From positions 34,100,001 to 34,164,000 of the forward strand of contig OZ249436.1 in assembly GCA_965235115.1 (NCBI GenBank): DNA of 64,000 nt, written 5' to 3'. This document shows positions 1 to 12,479 of the stretch, piece after piece; position 1 is the stretch's first letter; each line of letters starts with the position of its first letter. A model generated the notes under the pieces. It worked only from the letters and a program-made list of their open reading frames with translations, did not search any database and was not told where the DNA came from. This stretch comes from Laetmonice hystrix (Eukaryota). The position numbers and the translations under genes were made by a program.

Positions 1-431
1 TGTCCAGACCCCACACCTACCTCCTGTCCAGGCTCCACACCCACCTCCTGTCCAGGCTCCACACCCACCTCCTGTCCAGACCTCACACCCACCTCCTGTC
101 CAGACCTCACACCCACCTCCTGTCCAGACCCCACACCCACCTCCTATCCAGACCCCACACCCACTTCCTGTCCAGCCTCACACCCACCTCCTGTCCAGAC
201 CCCACACCCACCTCCTGTCCAGACCCCACACCCACCTCCTGTCCAGGCTCCACACCCACCTCCTGTCCAGACCTCACACCCACCTCCTGTCCAGACCCCA
301 CACCCACCTCCTGTCCAGGCTCCACACCCACCTCCTGTCCAGACCTCACACCCACCTCCTGTCCAGACCCCACACCCACCTCCTGTCCAGGCTCCACACC
401 CACCTCCTGTCCAGACCTCACACCCACCTCC
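1..431. repeat. 24-bp tandem repeat (tgtccagaccccacacccacctcc), 18 units, continues off the left edge
   Basis: Directly visible; variants agacccc/aggctcc/agacctc; 216-431 is three exact A-B-C 72-bp blocks. Confidence 0.97.
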
Positions 432-499
432 TGTCATTAAATCGGTCACCATTGTTGCCATGTTTGATTACCCCCGGATTTACCCGCTGTTAACACTAC

Positions 500-1340
500 T
501 TAACATTTTCACACACATTTCAAGTTCTGTTAAAGTTTTTAAAGTTAGGGTGCCTACGTCTAAACGTTTTTTTCTTCATGATAACTACAGTATAGTCCGT
601 TTTATGTATTGCATCCATGTGTTCTGTTTACCAACCACCCATCCACCGATGGGTCAGACCCATCGGCCGATGGGCCGCGACCCTGGCGCGCCGCGCATCC
701 ACCGATGGGTCGCCCATCGGTCGATGGGCGACCCGTTGGCCGATCCACTGATGGGTCTGACCCATCGGCCGATGGGTCAGATCGACCGATGGCGCGTAAC
801 ATCATCATTACTGATACAGATGTATTAAGTAAGACAGTATCTGATGCTGCTCCTGTTCCGAAGTAATGAAGCTATATATCTTAAGTTGGAAGCTGAAATT
901 ACAGCTTAAACCTACAATCTATAATGGTGTATCTAAACCGATTCTCAGTACTGCCCTCGCGGTTCTATCTTAGTATTTCATTCACATTTAGGGCATATTA
1001 TATGCATACTGATTTGGCTTTTTGGCCTTCTGGCAACTGAAGAGGAGTCTGCAGAGAAAGAATCTTGATGACAAGCTATGCATCAAAACTTTCAAGTAAG
1101 TGCTAGATAGGCGAGAAGCCAATCTTGGCTGACCCGGCCGACCTTGGGAGTCTGCCTTGGTCAGGGAGGCCGCGCCACTGATGACCTTCTTACTTGGCGG
1201 GTAATTGACGCCGTTTGCCAATAGATACCTGCCCCTGATGTCCTGGCTTAGTTGAAATTGGTGCCGTGACACTCGCCCCGGCACCAGTTGAGAAAACTGG
1301 CCATTTAGCCTGACACGGCAATGATACTGGTCAAATTTGG
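500..1340 (-). mobile_element. Decayed L2/CR1 RT-to-C-terminus copy, interrupted by palindrome cluster
   Basis: RVRLNGQFS (ORF 988..1356) ~ QRVxxNGxxS; DRTARAVLRI (940-969) ~ ERIQKRALRI; FKNFNRT (523-543) ~ RFKNSF. Confidence 0.45.
640..795. repeat. Nested palindrome / hairpin cluster built from ccgatggg/cccatcgg
   Basis: ccgatgggtc-a-gacccatcgg (646-666), perfect palindrome cccatcggccgatggg (659-674), gggtcgcccatcg-gt-cgatgggcgaccc (707-734), and a similar block at 750-790. Confidence 0.9.
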
Positions 1341-2300
1341 CCGGGGCAGTGGTCATTTTATATGACCGCAGGAGCTGGAGGTGGTAAGACGGTCATACCT
1401 TGGAGGTGTAAGGGCATGGCGGGGAGGATGAGGCACCATTAACCCGCCATCAAGGCCCACCGCCGATCAGCCTCCGACTCGCAGACCGAGGGTAATCAGT
1501 CAGCACCAGTAGAGATCCTGGCTGGATCAGGGATTGGGCAGAGGGAGGGGGGATGTGCAGAGTGCGCACGGCCGGTGCTGTATTTTGGAGGTTCCAACAT
1601 TATAAAAAAGGCCCCCATACTGAAGCCGATGGCGGCACCGATCTTGAGGCGGAAGCTGCTCCGAGGGACATGTAATAAGGATAATAGCTTTTCAGTAAAT
1701 GTTGAAGAAGAAACGATAGCACATTATTCCATCAATGGATCGTGGCTATGGAGTGCAAAACTCCCGGATACCATGGACGTCCTACCGCGAGCGCATGCAC
1801 CATCAACCCCCCGGAACTTATAAAACGGCGGAACGTTTAGAACGTGACACCGGCCGTGATGACGCTGATGATCACAGCGCTGGAGTTGGTGTCCCGGGCT
1901 CGTTTGGGTCGGACTTAACCAGGTGTCTGTGGCAATGACCGGCGGTGTTTTCCCACCACTGGGACTTGCACCTCCCACAACTGGCACTGATGGCACCAGA
2001 ATATTGCTGTATACATGCCAAGTGCCATCATTACACCCAGTCCACTACAGTCGCTTGAACTGCCGACTGTGGTCGCAGCCTGTAATCCATCTCGGCTCGG
2101 GTGGTGCAGTTAGGTCCTGCCTTTTACAGGTCGTGGCCGACAGGATCGGAGCGATAGAAACTGAACCGAGGAACTTTTTACTGGCTCATTACTGCATAGA
2201 GATCCTGGCAGTTTCTAGGATGGTGTAGGGTTTCAGCAAGACAAACTTAGATTCAGGCTTACCAGGATTCAATGGCTTGTATTTTAACAATACATTAAAA
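1340..2300 (-). mobile_element. Decayed L2/CR1 RT copy
   Basis: gac ctg taa aag gca-gac cta (2101-2132) ~ DxxKAFDL; ORF 1724..1996 GGASPSGGKTPP ~ GGVPQGTKLGP, QLQRCD..HVLN, FYKFRGV ~ FKLLGV. Confidence 0.5.
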
Positions 2301-3240
2301 TAGGCCCTACATATGCTGACATAGAACCTCGAATAATGTTCTTACAATACAAAACTATACGTGATTCGTACAGTTGATATCGCTTGCCTCGGTCCTATAT
2401 ATATCGTTCGTGTACTTGTATGTGTTAGAACAGGACAGTTCTGTAGGTCTACTAATGTCCGTCGGTTTCAGTAGACGATGAAATATTGATATCGAAGCCT
2501 ATATGAAATATTTAACACCTTTTTTGGTTCGCACCACAATGTGAAGAATCAAGACATTGAACCATTTCTCCTTGGAGAGCCGTTGTGAGGTCTATAGATG
2601 CTTCTTGTCGAGGCTCCAATAAAATGTATGTAGAACGGGAGACTATTATGTCAGGCAATGGGTTGAGAGAAACCAAGACAATGGGAAGACAACACATAAT
2701 TCCAGTCTTTACGATCAGGTAATTCGGGTTCTACCATCGTACCCATGCAGAGGGGGATCAGCAGCAGGAAAGCCTCTATAATAATACGAATGGGGGAATG
2801 CCATTGCTGACTGCAACTGGCTTTTTATAGCACCGGTGAGCCGTTGTGAAGGCACCCAGGCCAGCTGTGCATTGTAATAAAAATATCACTGAAAAATTGC
2901 AGTCTCATTCAGGAGAACCATATTGGGAATCACATTTAGGGCGATAACCGCACTGTCCACATATTGCTCGGTGCTGTTGTCAGCCAGTGTTAATACCTGG
3001 ATTATCAGATTAACTGTTGTCTTGTCACCCGGATGGCTGGGGCGGGCAAGACAAATGGCCACAGATCATTAGTGCGGTGGTATACTAGTCAGTCGTGGGA
3101 ATACTAGATAGTGAGGTGTGAGCACGGAGTGTCAGACGGGTGTCGGTCTCCGCAGCAGGTTCTACTTTATGGCTGGCTATGAATGGCCCGGAATCACCAC
3201 TGAGGCTACTAAATCAGACCCATTATCCAAAAGCACCAGG
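2300..3240 (-). mobile_element. Decayed L2/CR1 RT copy
   Basis: IN-LADNSTEQYVDS (YVDS 2952-2963) ~ INDL..KYVDD; NMVLLNET ~ NxMxLN; LLEPRQE (ORF 2512..2697) ~ TLEERRE. Confidence 0.55.
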
Positions 3241-4850
3241 ACGGGGGCTATAGGAACTGCAATGACATTGAAATATTAACATAGCACGAGCCAACTCATA
3301 GCCCTCCTTAGGGATGGCGCGATGGTAGGGGAGGGGGGACCGTTTGGATGTAACGGAAAGTGGGTGGGTGGCTTAAGGGTTGACACTTGTGAATTCGCTC
3401 AGGGAATACGGTGTATTTGATTTGAAGGGGGGTGTAGAGTCGGGGAGGATCTTTGTAAGAATGGGGAGTTATTGCATGTGCCCGCCTTGAGCCCCCCGAC
3501 TGGTGATTGCGGATGTTGCCATCTATTATTGACTGCACTGTTATCAGTATTCATGCCCGATTACTGACATGTTACTGACCATGAGAGCTGGGTGTGTGTT
3601 GATGTGTGTTGATGTGTATTATAGGCGAGCCTTGCTGTCCGTACGTCCGTTAGTGGTGGCTGAATCCTGATGGTGCTGATGGTTGGTTGTATGGCGATGG
3701 GTCCTTGAGGTCAGGCCCTCTGACCGACCTCAGACCAAGGGCCATGGCGGGTTAAGGGTGCGGGGCACTTGGATCTCAACCCTGGGGCACAGTTCCCACA
3801 CAAGTGGTCAGCTAGGCCGTTACAATGTGTCCACTTGACCTGTGAGGGGAAAGGCGCGTCAGGGGCGTGTGACCCTGGCCTTGCAGGATGACCAGCGGTC
3901 AGCAGAGGGCATGTCGGCCACTGCCCCGGTCAATTGACGGGGCACGGATAAGGAGCCGCTCGATCCGTCCCGAGGGTCCGGCCGGCCATGAGACAGAGGC
4001 CGAGGGGGGACAACAACCCACTGACCACTGGTCAGTCGACTTGACCGCTCGCTTGCCCTCAGGTGGCCTGGGATGATGTGGCCGGCCAAGGGGTCGGGCC
4101 CTGTTTGACCGTGGGTCAGTCTAGGGTCGAAAGGGTCCCAGGGTCCTGTGCCCCACACTGCCTTAATACGGCCCGTGGTCAGCGGACATCGGATAACGCC
4201 CATTATCAGCTGACCTCTGTCCAGCCGTTTTTATGGGGCAGCTGTCCCTTGACCGTGTTCCATCAAATCAGAGACTCTACCATATTGCTACAAATTAGGG
4301 CCAATTGCGACTGGAGGGAGGTGCCAGCGCTGAGACTACGTGTGTCGGCGGATATTTGCCAGCATCATTCTGGCCGGAGGTCCGGTCACTTAGGGCCTGA
4401 TTGACCACCTCCGAACTGACACAATTATCTTGTCACGTTAAGATGCCACCATAGTGACTGCTCCCTGGCCGGACTGGGCTCACTGACCGGCTCACGGACG
4501 TTTGACAATGATTAGTGGTCACTCTTGGTGCCATGAATCAGACACCTTGGTGACAAGATGCCGGGTGGTTGTTGTAGTGGAGCACTCGGGACTGCGCTCA
4601 TCATCACATGGCCGCTACTCGGGGCCCACACTGCACTCGTCTCGCAGACAGACGTGTTTAAAGTGGATCCCTCATTGGATGGAGTGACCACTCCACAGAG
4701 AACGAGTATCACCCAACATTTTGTACGTATCACTCGAGCCTCTAGGAACCAATCCATCTATTCACCCACTCCTGCTCAATGAAGGTTCCACATCTTGTAC
4801 TGATGACGGACCACACCTGCCCCCCCCCCCGTCTCCGTGAAGACTCTCAC
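3240..4850 (-). mobile_element. Decayed L2/CR1 RT copy
   Basis: LNTSVCE (4512..4757) ~ FNxSxxEG; FDPRLTH and VADMPS..RW (3859..4203); RRAHAITPHSYKD and SHPP..VPPP (3308..3538). Confidence 0.5.
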
Positions 4851-4859
4851 GGCTACGAG

Positions 4860-5190
4860 TGGAGGCTGATATTAATGTAGTGATGCTGCAGAGGTTTTAA
4901 TTACTGACATTGATTGGGGGGCGAGGGGGACGGCGGGAAGTGTGAAGGATCATGGCAGCGGTCGGTGATGTCATCATCGGCACGGGTGCAGGACAATATG
5001 TCATTTACGGCCATGGTCAGCTGGGAATGGTTGTGGACTGACCGGTCCTCGCAGGCAGCTGGGGTGGTCAGTGTGTGGTCAGTGTCCTGGATCGATACTG
5101 GTTGATAGGAGAGATGTCCTCTGCTGACCACTGCACAGTGTCTGCGAGGAGGGCAGATCTCACAACATAACTCATAACAACTTGGCATTG
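4860..5190 (-). mobile_element. Short L2/CR1 RT-core fragment
   Basis: ORF 4901..5188: LSYQPVSIQD ~ FLSxRxQxVxIxD; MAVNDILSCTRADDDIT ~ MINDL..YADDTT (ADDDIT 4964-4981). Confidence 0.55.
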
Positions 5191-6750
5191 ATAAGGAAAG
5201 TATTGCCTTATCATCTGTATAAAAACATTTCCAAGTTCTCTTGTTCCGTGCAGATTAACTGGATTTTTAAAACAGCGTATGTATTATTTCGAGACAGTCT
5301 GGTGTCTTAAATGATTTCTCGAAATAAATGCAGCTGTTTGCATGTAAGCCTTTGCCTCCAGAGTACGTAAGCTTCAGGTTTTATGACGCTATTTTCAAGG
5401 TGTGATGAGAGCAGAGGCGGCTTCAGCCCAAATCGTCTTCAATATTTATACACGTTGTCCCTGTAGACCAGGTCCAGTGACAAACACTGTCAATATACTC
5501 AGTCTGGTAGGTCTCTGGTTGTATAACCTTACACTGGGGAACGTGAGGTACGCCATCTGAGATGTTTATACCTAATGGTCGGGATGGGTGAGTGTAGCAT
5601 TGTAGGATTAGAGGTTAATGAGAAAGATAACTTGTATTTTTGTGTCAGCGAAGTGGAAGCCGATTTTATTTGATAAGGCTATGTTCAGGAGAAGTATACT
5701 GTTATCTATAGTCATGAGATTTTTGAGTTTGTTAATCAAGCCAGTCTTAATTCGCCAACCTACTGATTGAACGTATTTACAAGCTTTTGGACCTTGTTTT
5801 TGTACAGAATGATTTTATAATGAGTATACTTGGTAAAATACTTTATTTTTTATTATGGTGTACCGTGTATCGTTAAAAAAACAAGATCCACCAGTTGTTA
5901 CAAAAGTTTTTATCTGAGAGTGTGTCAGAGATGACCAAGTCATAGATAAACTGGCCAGTCACATTTATTCCATGAGGATTTCTACCCTGACTCTCTATGT
6001 GATTCCTCGGGACTACAGCAGGCCATGTTAATCTAAAAAAGTTAAAACACAATGTAAGCCGGCTAGATGAGTTATTAATCATAGTTTCTATCATGAAGGT
6101 AGGGCACAGCTCTGGGAATTTGAGGGACTGTGGGTCAGTAATCTGTGAGGATGAAATCAGTATTCACTTCCTACTAAATCAATGTCAGACAGTGACTATC
6201 ATGAAGGTGGGACTGGTGAGGTAGGACGTCTGAAAGGGCAATGTATTTAGAGGCCGAGAGGCTATTTTAAAGGTGTCTTGTAATGTATCTCTCCCGAATG
6301 GAGTGTTATACATGTCTATATGTGAAAAATGTGATGGCATTCTTTAAAGTTAAAACTCATTTTACGGCTTCGTAGCCCCCCCCCCCCCAGTCTCTCCAGC
6401 AGGTCGAACCTCAATGTTAACAATAACCATAAAAGAATGCGATGCAGACTCCTTCACCCATTTCTAATGAGTGTTTTGTTAATTCGTGCCAAGATGCGGC
6501 AGTGACCGTGGTGTTTTGGGGGAGGCTCACCGTTATCAGCCGTGGGAGTGGGCCGTGTAGGCGTGGCCCGACCAGGATGGGGACCGCAAGCCGTGTGTGG
6601 TCGGGCCTCGTTACGCTCCATTGAGCAGCCATCCCCTGGCTGGCCGTGAGTGATGGGCGCATGTGCTGGTAATAATTGCTGTCTCACGAACACTATCCCC
6701 TCCCTTGGAAAAAAGAGAAGGAGGGAATTGAAGTAGGGCGTCAGTGTGAC
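5190..6750 (-). mobile_element. Decayed L2/CR1 copy (possibly two)
   Basis: QWSV..VPILVGPRL (6417..6662); DLVISDTL (5873..6094); LKLTYSGGKGL and TRLSRNN..LKI (about 5250-5390) resemble L2 C-terminus. Confidence 0.35.
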
Positions 6751-7700
6751 AATGTCCATACTTCATTGTTGGGGTGTGGGAGGTGGGTGACCGGGGGGGT
6801 TGAGGTGGCTATCACATGGGGACCGGGGTCCGCAGAGACCAGCCGCCTCTGCAATCCCTGTTAGCCAATCATGCTGTAATTACGAAGGAAATTCCCCTGA
6901 CAAACCGGGCAGCAGCGCTTCAAATTGAAACTATTCCCGGATGTACTGTTAGCAAATGGAGGACCGGCTGAGAAATGGATGAGTGGTAGTTGGCTGTCAC
7001 TTGGCCGGCTACCCAGCAAGCTTTGGAAGATAAATGGTATTCAGCAGTTGGACTTTAATTGGCCTACAGTCCAGGCAGCATGGGATGAGCTTATGTTAGA
7101 TTAGATAATAACGCTGCTGTCTAATTGGTTTCAATTACTTACAGGTGCGTGGAGCCTGAGAGGACCGGGAAGGCTGGCCGGCAGTGTTGAGGAGGACATG
7201 ATAAAAACTGCCACCGGTCAACTGTGGATCATTTCTTATAGGACGTGTTACCCCCTCCTGCCCAGCCCCCCTATTACTATGTCCCCATGAAGGACATCCA
7301 GCATTTCCTTACCATCACAAAAAAACACCCCCCTCTCGCTCGCTATCCAAACAACCAACCCCCACCGCGGGAGATCTCCTCAGACATATTAAGTATTCCT
7401 AATCAACCGGTATGCTGAATTTACTTAGGAGCTGCGGGTCCGTGCTGCTAGATGACAGGTTGTAGCTTAAATCAGGATCACTTAGGTAGGTGAGCATCTC
7501 CCTGGGCTGGCTGTACCCGAGAGTATCCGGGTGGAAGGATGCGTACAGATTGGGATGGTTTGAGAGTGGGGAGGGGGGGGGGTCGACTCACCCCCCCCCC
7601 CCACCGCCGGGGATACTCGCTGCTGCCGACCGACCACTTTTTGCCACCCTCCACCGCCCTCATAACCTGCAAACTCACAAACACATGGATTTGCCTGATT
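6750..7700 (-). mobile_element. Decayed L2/CR1 RT copy
   Basis: EYPRRWGGGV..PPP (7478..7684) ~ PxxWKxAxVxPxPK; LDCR..IYLPKLAG, PFLSRS (about 6960-7090); DWLTGIA..GP (about 6820-6870). Confidence 0.4.
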
Positions 7701-7899
7701 AAAACAGCTTCCAGTGGGTGTTAATCCCCTGAATCCAGAGCCAACAGCGACTGAGTTTCAAAATGCATACAGATTGCCTTAAATCCATTATATACGCACC
7801 GGATCTAAAGTGCAAACAGGCGAAAGTTTGAACTGTGCCTTAAATGGATTCAGCTTTCAGTTGATTGCATGTAAGGTATTCTAAATAGAATTAAGAGCT

Positions 7900-9150
7900 G
7901 GTGATATGAATTCAGAGAGGAATGGATGCAGTTTAGCACTTATTTCATTTCACCCAGATTACCATAGTAATGTGAACAGGGTCAGGTTTCATAGGATTGA
8001 AATGACTTTGCGAACCCGTCTCCATTGCAAGACAGAAAGTGCATGAATGACCCTCGTCAGAGCTGCAAGGAAACCTTTTGTATAGACCTATGTTTCCCCC
8101 TGTCTGAAAATGAAAGAGATACAGTATATACATTTACTCTATAAGAAAAGAAGGAAATTGCATGTTTTTACACATAAGTATAGCTTGTATAGTCTTTTCA
8201 TGGTGATAGGAGATGTATAGCCTATTTATGGTGTGTCAATCAGAGGACAAGATTGGACCTTTTCAGTCAGACCTACGTATATGTCCGATATATCTGATAT
8301 AATAAACTCAAGTTAATTGCAGTTTGATTATTGGTGATCTCCTGAGTTCAGGTTTTATCATCTGCAGCACAAAAACATTTGCTCCCGCTGGTCGGCTCTC
8401 GAGATCATGAAAACAGGACAAACATGACCTTAATGTTAGGCCAGGATATGGACTTAATGCCCGTTCACCAGAGCCAGTTGACAAAGAATGGTCCTCTAAT
8501 GATGGACACGATAGGGTCTGATAGGATAAGGTGCAGTTCCCGAGAGAGGTAACGCGAAGCCAGGGTGTGGCGTTACACCAACAGTCGACGCTGGCCTCCT
8601 GTGTGCTCTGCACATATTTTAACATGATTATAATCATATCCATAATAACAGGGCAGCCAGATTAAACACTCGGCGTAGGTCAACCCTCTCCCGAAGGTGC
8701 TTTTCAAACAGCACATTTCAATTCATGTTCGGGTCCCGCACTCTGTTAATAGTCAGAAGTGATCAGTTACTGAAATGAATTTCATGACCGCAATTCTCTT
8801 ATTCATCTCTCAGATGATTGCTTTCAATATGCTATTGCATTAAAACAATATTAAAATGAAAGTGTAAATTGGAAGTCAATCTTGATTAGAGAAGGGTATA
8901 GTTTGAATGTGGGTCAGAATCGTTTAAGGGTTTTTATTATTTGCAGTTAAATCTTTAAAACCAAGAATTGTTTATTATAGGATGGTTGGAGGTTATAAAT
9001 GGGAAGCACACTCGGAAATTTAATGTTACTTATCACTTTTCAGGACATTCGAGTTAACTGGCATGGCAAAGTAAATGTCAGTAGATTGAATATCACCATA
9101 GATGATTACATAAGAACTGTAGTTATCATGGTGTTGGCAGTAACTTACCT
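7900..9150 (-). mobile_element. Decayed L2/CR1 RT copy
   Basis: ORF 8308..8643: LKYVQST (8602-8619) ~ KYVDDT; MIKPELRRSPIIKLQLT ~ MIRPVLEYASPVWHSSLT; then EKVQ about 8250. Confidence 0.6.
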
Positions 9151-9199
9151 TATGCTGAGGGTAGACATATACATCTCGTATTACTCAGGCAACGAGCCA

Positions 9200-10100
9200 C
9201 CAGGCTAGAGGTGGCAATCTATGGATGAAGGACCTTTGCCCCATACATGAAAACCAATACCCTCGCTCAAGCCTTGCATTAAAGAGCGCATGTTGCGATG
9301 GCTGCTTGATAAATACATGCAGTATTATATAACTTCTGCAGGTCTAAAGGCTACTGAGAGGTCTGATGGTTTTATAAGAAAGCGATCTGTTGCGCTTGCA
9401 GTGTCTATTTCAACCAGTGTAATGCACCGGGATTTGTGCACTGAGGCTGAGGTAATGCACTCTGCCAACTTTCTTGTTGCACCCCAGGTCGCCTTGCTCC
9501 AGGTGCAACAATTGATGATATAGTATCATTAGTTGATGACGTTTATTACTGGGAGATGGCAGGGCGGTATCCATGGGCAGCAGGAGGCCATGTTTTATTG
9601 ATGACTCGGACGGCCATTGTTGTCATGCTGTTACTGCCAGTTACATCTGTCCGCCTGTACGTTTAATGCTGAAGTCAGATGGCGGTATAAAAATAGGGGA
9701 TACACATATAAGTGGGCTGTCGCAAACCTCAGGAAAAAAATAAGAAATGTTTTATAGAAAGGAGGAGGTTTGCAGCATGTATGAGTGCGTGGTGTCGGTG
9801 GCATGGTGTAGGGGCCTAATGATATGTCGTATTCCCTGATGATAGGCGCTTTATTCAGCCGTGGACGGGAACACTGGCCGTCTGTACTGGGAGGGTGAGA
9901 GCACGACGGATGGTGGTCACAGCACAGGTCAATATTTAATGGGACTTCAGCAGCAGGCAAAGGGTTATGCGCCCTTACCACATCTGGGCACACAGGGCAG
10001 TTGAGGGAGGAAGGCTCAGTGAGGAAGGGCCATTCAGTGCATTGCACTCGCACAGTACATGCAACTCCTGCCCTTTCCCCCGAACCCTTGCACAATAATT
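9200..10100 (-). mobile_element. Decayed L2/CR1 RT-to-C-terminus copy
   Basis: ORF 9631..10227: WPFLT..DVV..PLPAAEVP, KTFLIFFLR, LNVQADRCNW; downstream LMILY..LEQ, PSDLS, RSFIHR. Confidence 0.6.
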
Positions 10101-11090
10101 CCAGGCCAAATAAGCAGGTTAAACCATAAAAATTGATTTTTTTTTCGGAACGAAGAGTAGCGTGAACTTGGTTTAAATAATGCGCAGTGCCATGCAAGGT
10201 CCGGGCATTTCCAGGATTTGTATGCAATGTCGCAAGGCAACTCCACGGTTAAAGGTATTTTTCCTGGTATATATAATAGGTATAGATTCAACAATAAATT
10301 TCTTTTCCGTCATATATTTGTCGCTGTTAGAAAAGAAAAGCTCCCTCCCGCAGGGCGTCATGCAGTTTATTGAGGCGACCTTTGTTTTTTTAATTGCGGT
10401 AGATTTTAAGACACGTTTGATAGTAAACGAGTAATAGAACACTTTCACATGTTTTTCTCCCCATGACTGCACCAGCATCAGGTTGATGCCGTGCTGCTGA
10501 GACAAAGAAGTCCACGGCTAACACGTTTGTATCATGCACACGGTTTTGTCTTTAATAAAAGTGTATTGAATTACACTACAGGGAGGATTGCACTACTAAC
10601 AACATTCCTCGTGCTTTAATCAGTATTCATCATCATAAATATTCCACAGCCAATGTCTCAGATCATGCAAATGATTCCTCATCGTTGCTGTTGCCCCTAG
10701 CATGTATTCCCAGGGTCCAAATGTGTATAGACCGGGAGTAGTTGACCCTAACCGGGGCCAGGCCGGTCCGGTGTGCATGACATCACGTAACTGCACTCAC
10801 ATGCTCACCTGAATTGGAAAGTAGCCTTTAGGGGCTATAGGGTAAGTAGAGCCAAGCCCTGGGTGCGTCGGGTGAGTCTGCCGCCTAGCCGAGTGGGCCA
10901 AAGGTGGGCTAGGGGGTGTGGACGCTGAGGGCAGGGCATGAGTGGAGGGTAAGTAGTAGATAAATAAGGGGTGTAATGGGTGTCAGGGTGCAAGTGTTTC
11001 TGTCGCAGGGTTCGAGGCGTGGTTAGGAATAATGGAATCTCGGGCGATAGCCAGCGAAGACATAGAAAAAAGAAAAATAATGGACTCAAT
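10100..11090 (-). mobile_element. Decayed L2/CR1 RT-to-C-terminus copy
   Basis: W..FLT..RQK..PQ..L (10835..11089); VKVFYYSFTIKRVL (10173..10505); LFKPSSRYSSFRKKNQF (10034..10294). Confidence 0.55.
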
Positions 11091-11099
11091 TATATAGGA

Positions 11100-12450
11100 T
11101 GAGAACAATGGGGTTAGAAAAACAACATTTTTACAATGAGGCCATGATTTTTTTTCTAATTGGTGATATTTGCTCAGGGACAATCCGCCTACCAGAAGCG
11201 TAGGGTTGTGTAGACCAGATGGTTTCATTTCTAACAGTGTGTGGGTATCCGATATCTATAGAGGTTCCCTGTCTGAGGTTTACAACCATTAAATGGTGGT
11301 TGGAACCGACCAGCCTGGACTTTGAAGAGTCCTAGTAGTACATAGAGAAAGGAACCCGGTGGAGAGATACAGAGAACCATTTCTCACGGCGTGTGCAGGG
11401 GGAGGCGGAGATTGGCGAGCAAACATCCGTTAAGACGGCAGTGGTGGCCGGCCCATCGATAACCATCTGAATGAAGATCTACACGAAGGAGGAGAAGGTG
11501 GTGGTCACGGTGGTGCTGGTGGTGGTGGTCACGGTGGTGCTGGTGACGGTTCTGAGATCATGTTTGCTGGTGGTGCTGGTGGTGGTGGAAGTCTACAGCA
11601 GTTATAATTACACATTACCTGTCAGCATAATATGGAGAGTGGCGGCCCAGTTGGCCTCATCCATTTGGTGCAGCAATAAGCGCCATGGCCGGTGACAGGA
11701 GCACAGCGGGGCCACGGCCCCACCACCGGGGCCTGGCCGCAGAGGGCACGGGGCATCCGGGAGCTCGGCCCCGGCCATCGCCAGCACGGCTGAATTATTT
11801 AGCCACATGATTAGTCAGGTGTCTGCTTGGATTATCCAACACAGGCATTGTTTACAGGGATTTGAGTAATCCTGTATGGACCGGCTCAGTTTTTTTGTTC
11901 CCAAGGAGAGTAATTTTAGTGTGTTTTCGCCCGTGTCAGTTGGCAGTGATTGATACTGTGGCACGTGTCACATTCTTCCAATAGTGTCTCACCCTCAGCG
12001 AACAGTAGTGCTTCTGTCACAATTGGGTCCGGTGGAAGGGACAAAACTGATATCATCCAGGTCCGCCAAATATAAATGGGCAAAGCCGGAGACGGTGGGG
12101 TTAGGTTGACACGGGGTTGGCAATATGGCTGGGGTTAGGCCAAGGGCCAAGGTGGGTGAGAGGGGAAAGTCTAACCCCAGCAGAAATGTCCTGCCATTGA
12201 GGCTAGCACAAATCCATTGTGTAACATAATGTACTGCAACAGCTGAATGACACCCGGGTCTGAATTACTGTTATTGGATGGATGAGTTGCCAAGGGTTAC
12301 CAGGCCTAGGTGGAGACACCTTTGGCCCTGAGGCTAGGGGTGAATCGCAGGGCAGGGGCCAGTGGAACTTTATCATGGCCGGGCAGCAAGACGGAAGCCA
12401 TTCAACCTTCGGTAGCCTTCTTTATGAGCTCCCGTCTTACTGTAATATTG
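11100..12450 (-). mobile_element. Decayed L2/CR1 copy, pre-RT motif to C-terminus
   Basis: KS(S)TGP; ASLNG; RVNLTP..WRTWM..DP..TEALL..LEECD; KLLSLG..IQDYSNPCKQ; QMDEANWAATLHIML (11608..11808); IDG; RTLQSPGW. Confidence 0.65.
11497..11587. repeat. GGT-rich low-complexity tract with exact 24-bp duplication
   Basis: ggtggtggtcacggtggtgctggt at 11497-11520 and 11521-11544. Confidence 0.9.
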
Positions 12451-12479
12451 GAACACCTGGGGCCACTTTATGAGCTTCT

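Noticed and set aside
107-461. ORFs of 105-106 aa with repetitive sequence
   Set aside because: By-products of the stop-free 24-bp repeat.
3900-4350. Apparent DIRS RNase H motifs (HIIPGHL..SR, IR..TT, GQW..P)
   Set aside because: The same stretch fits the L2 motif order and spacing set by both flanks. No tyrosine recombinase or DIRS termini were seen. Treated as a chance match, and a warning about by-eye matching.
6088-6208. 13-bp direct repeat ctatcatgaaggt (6088, 6196) as a possible TSD
   Set aside because: The enclosed 95 bp has no TIR, tail or internal promoter; a single short match is insufficient.
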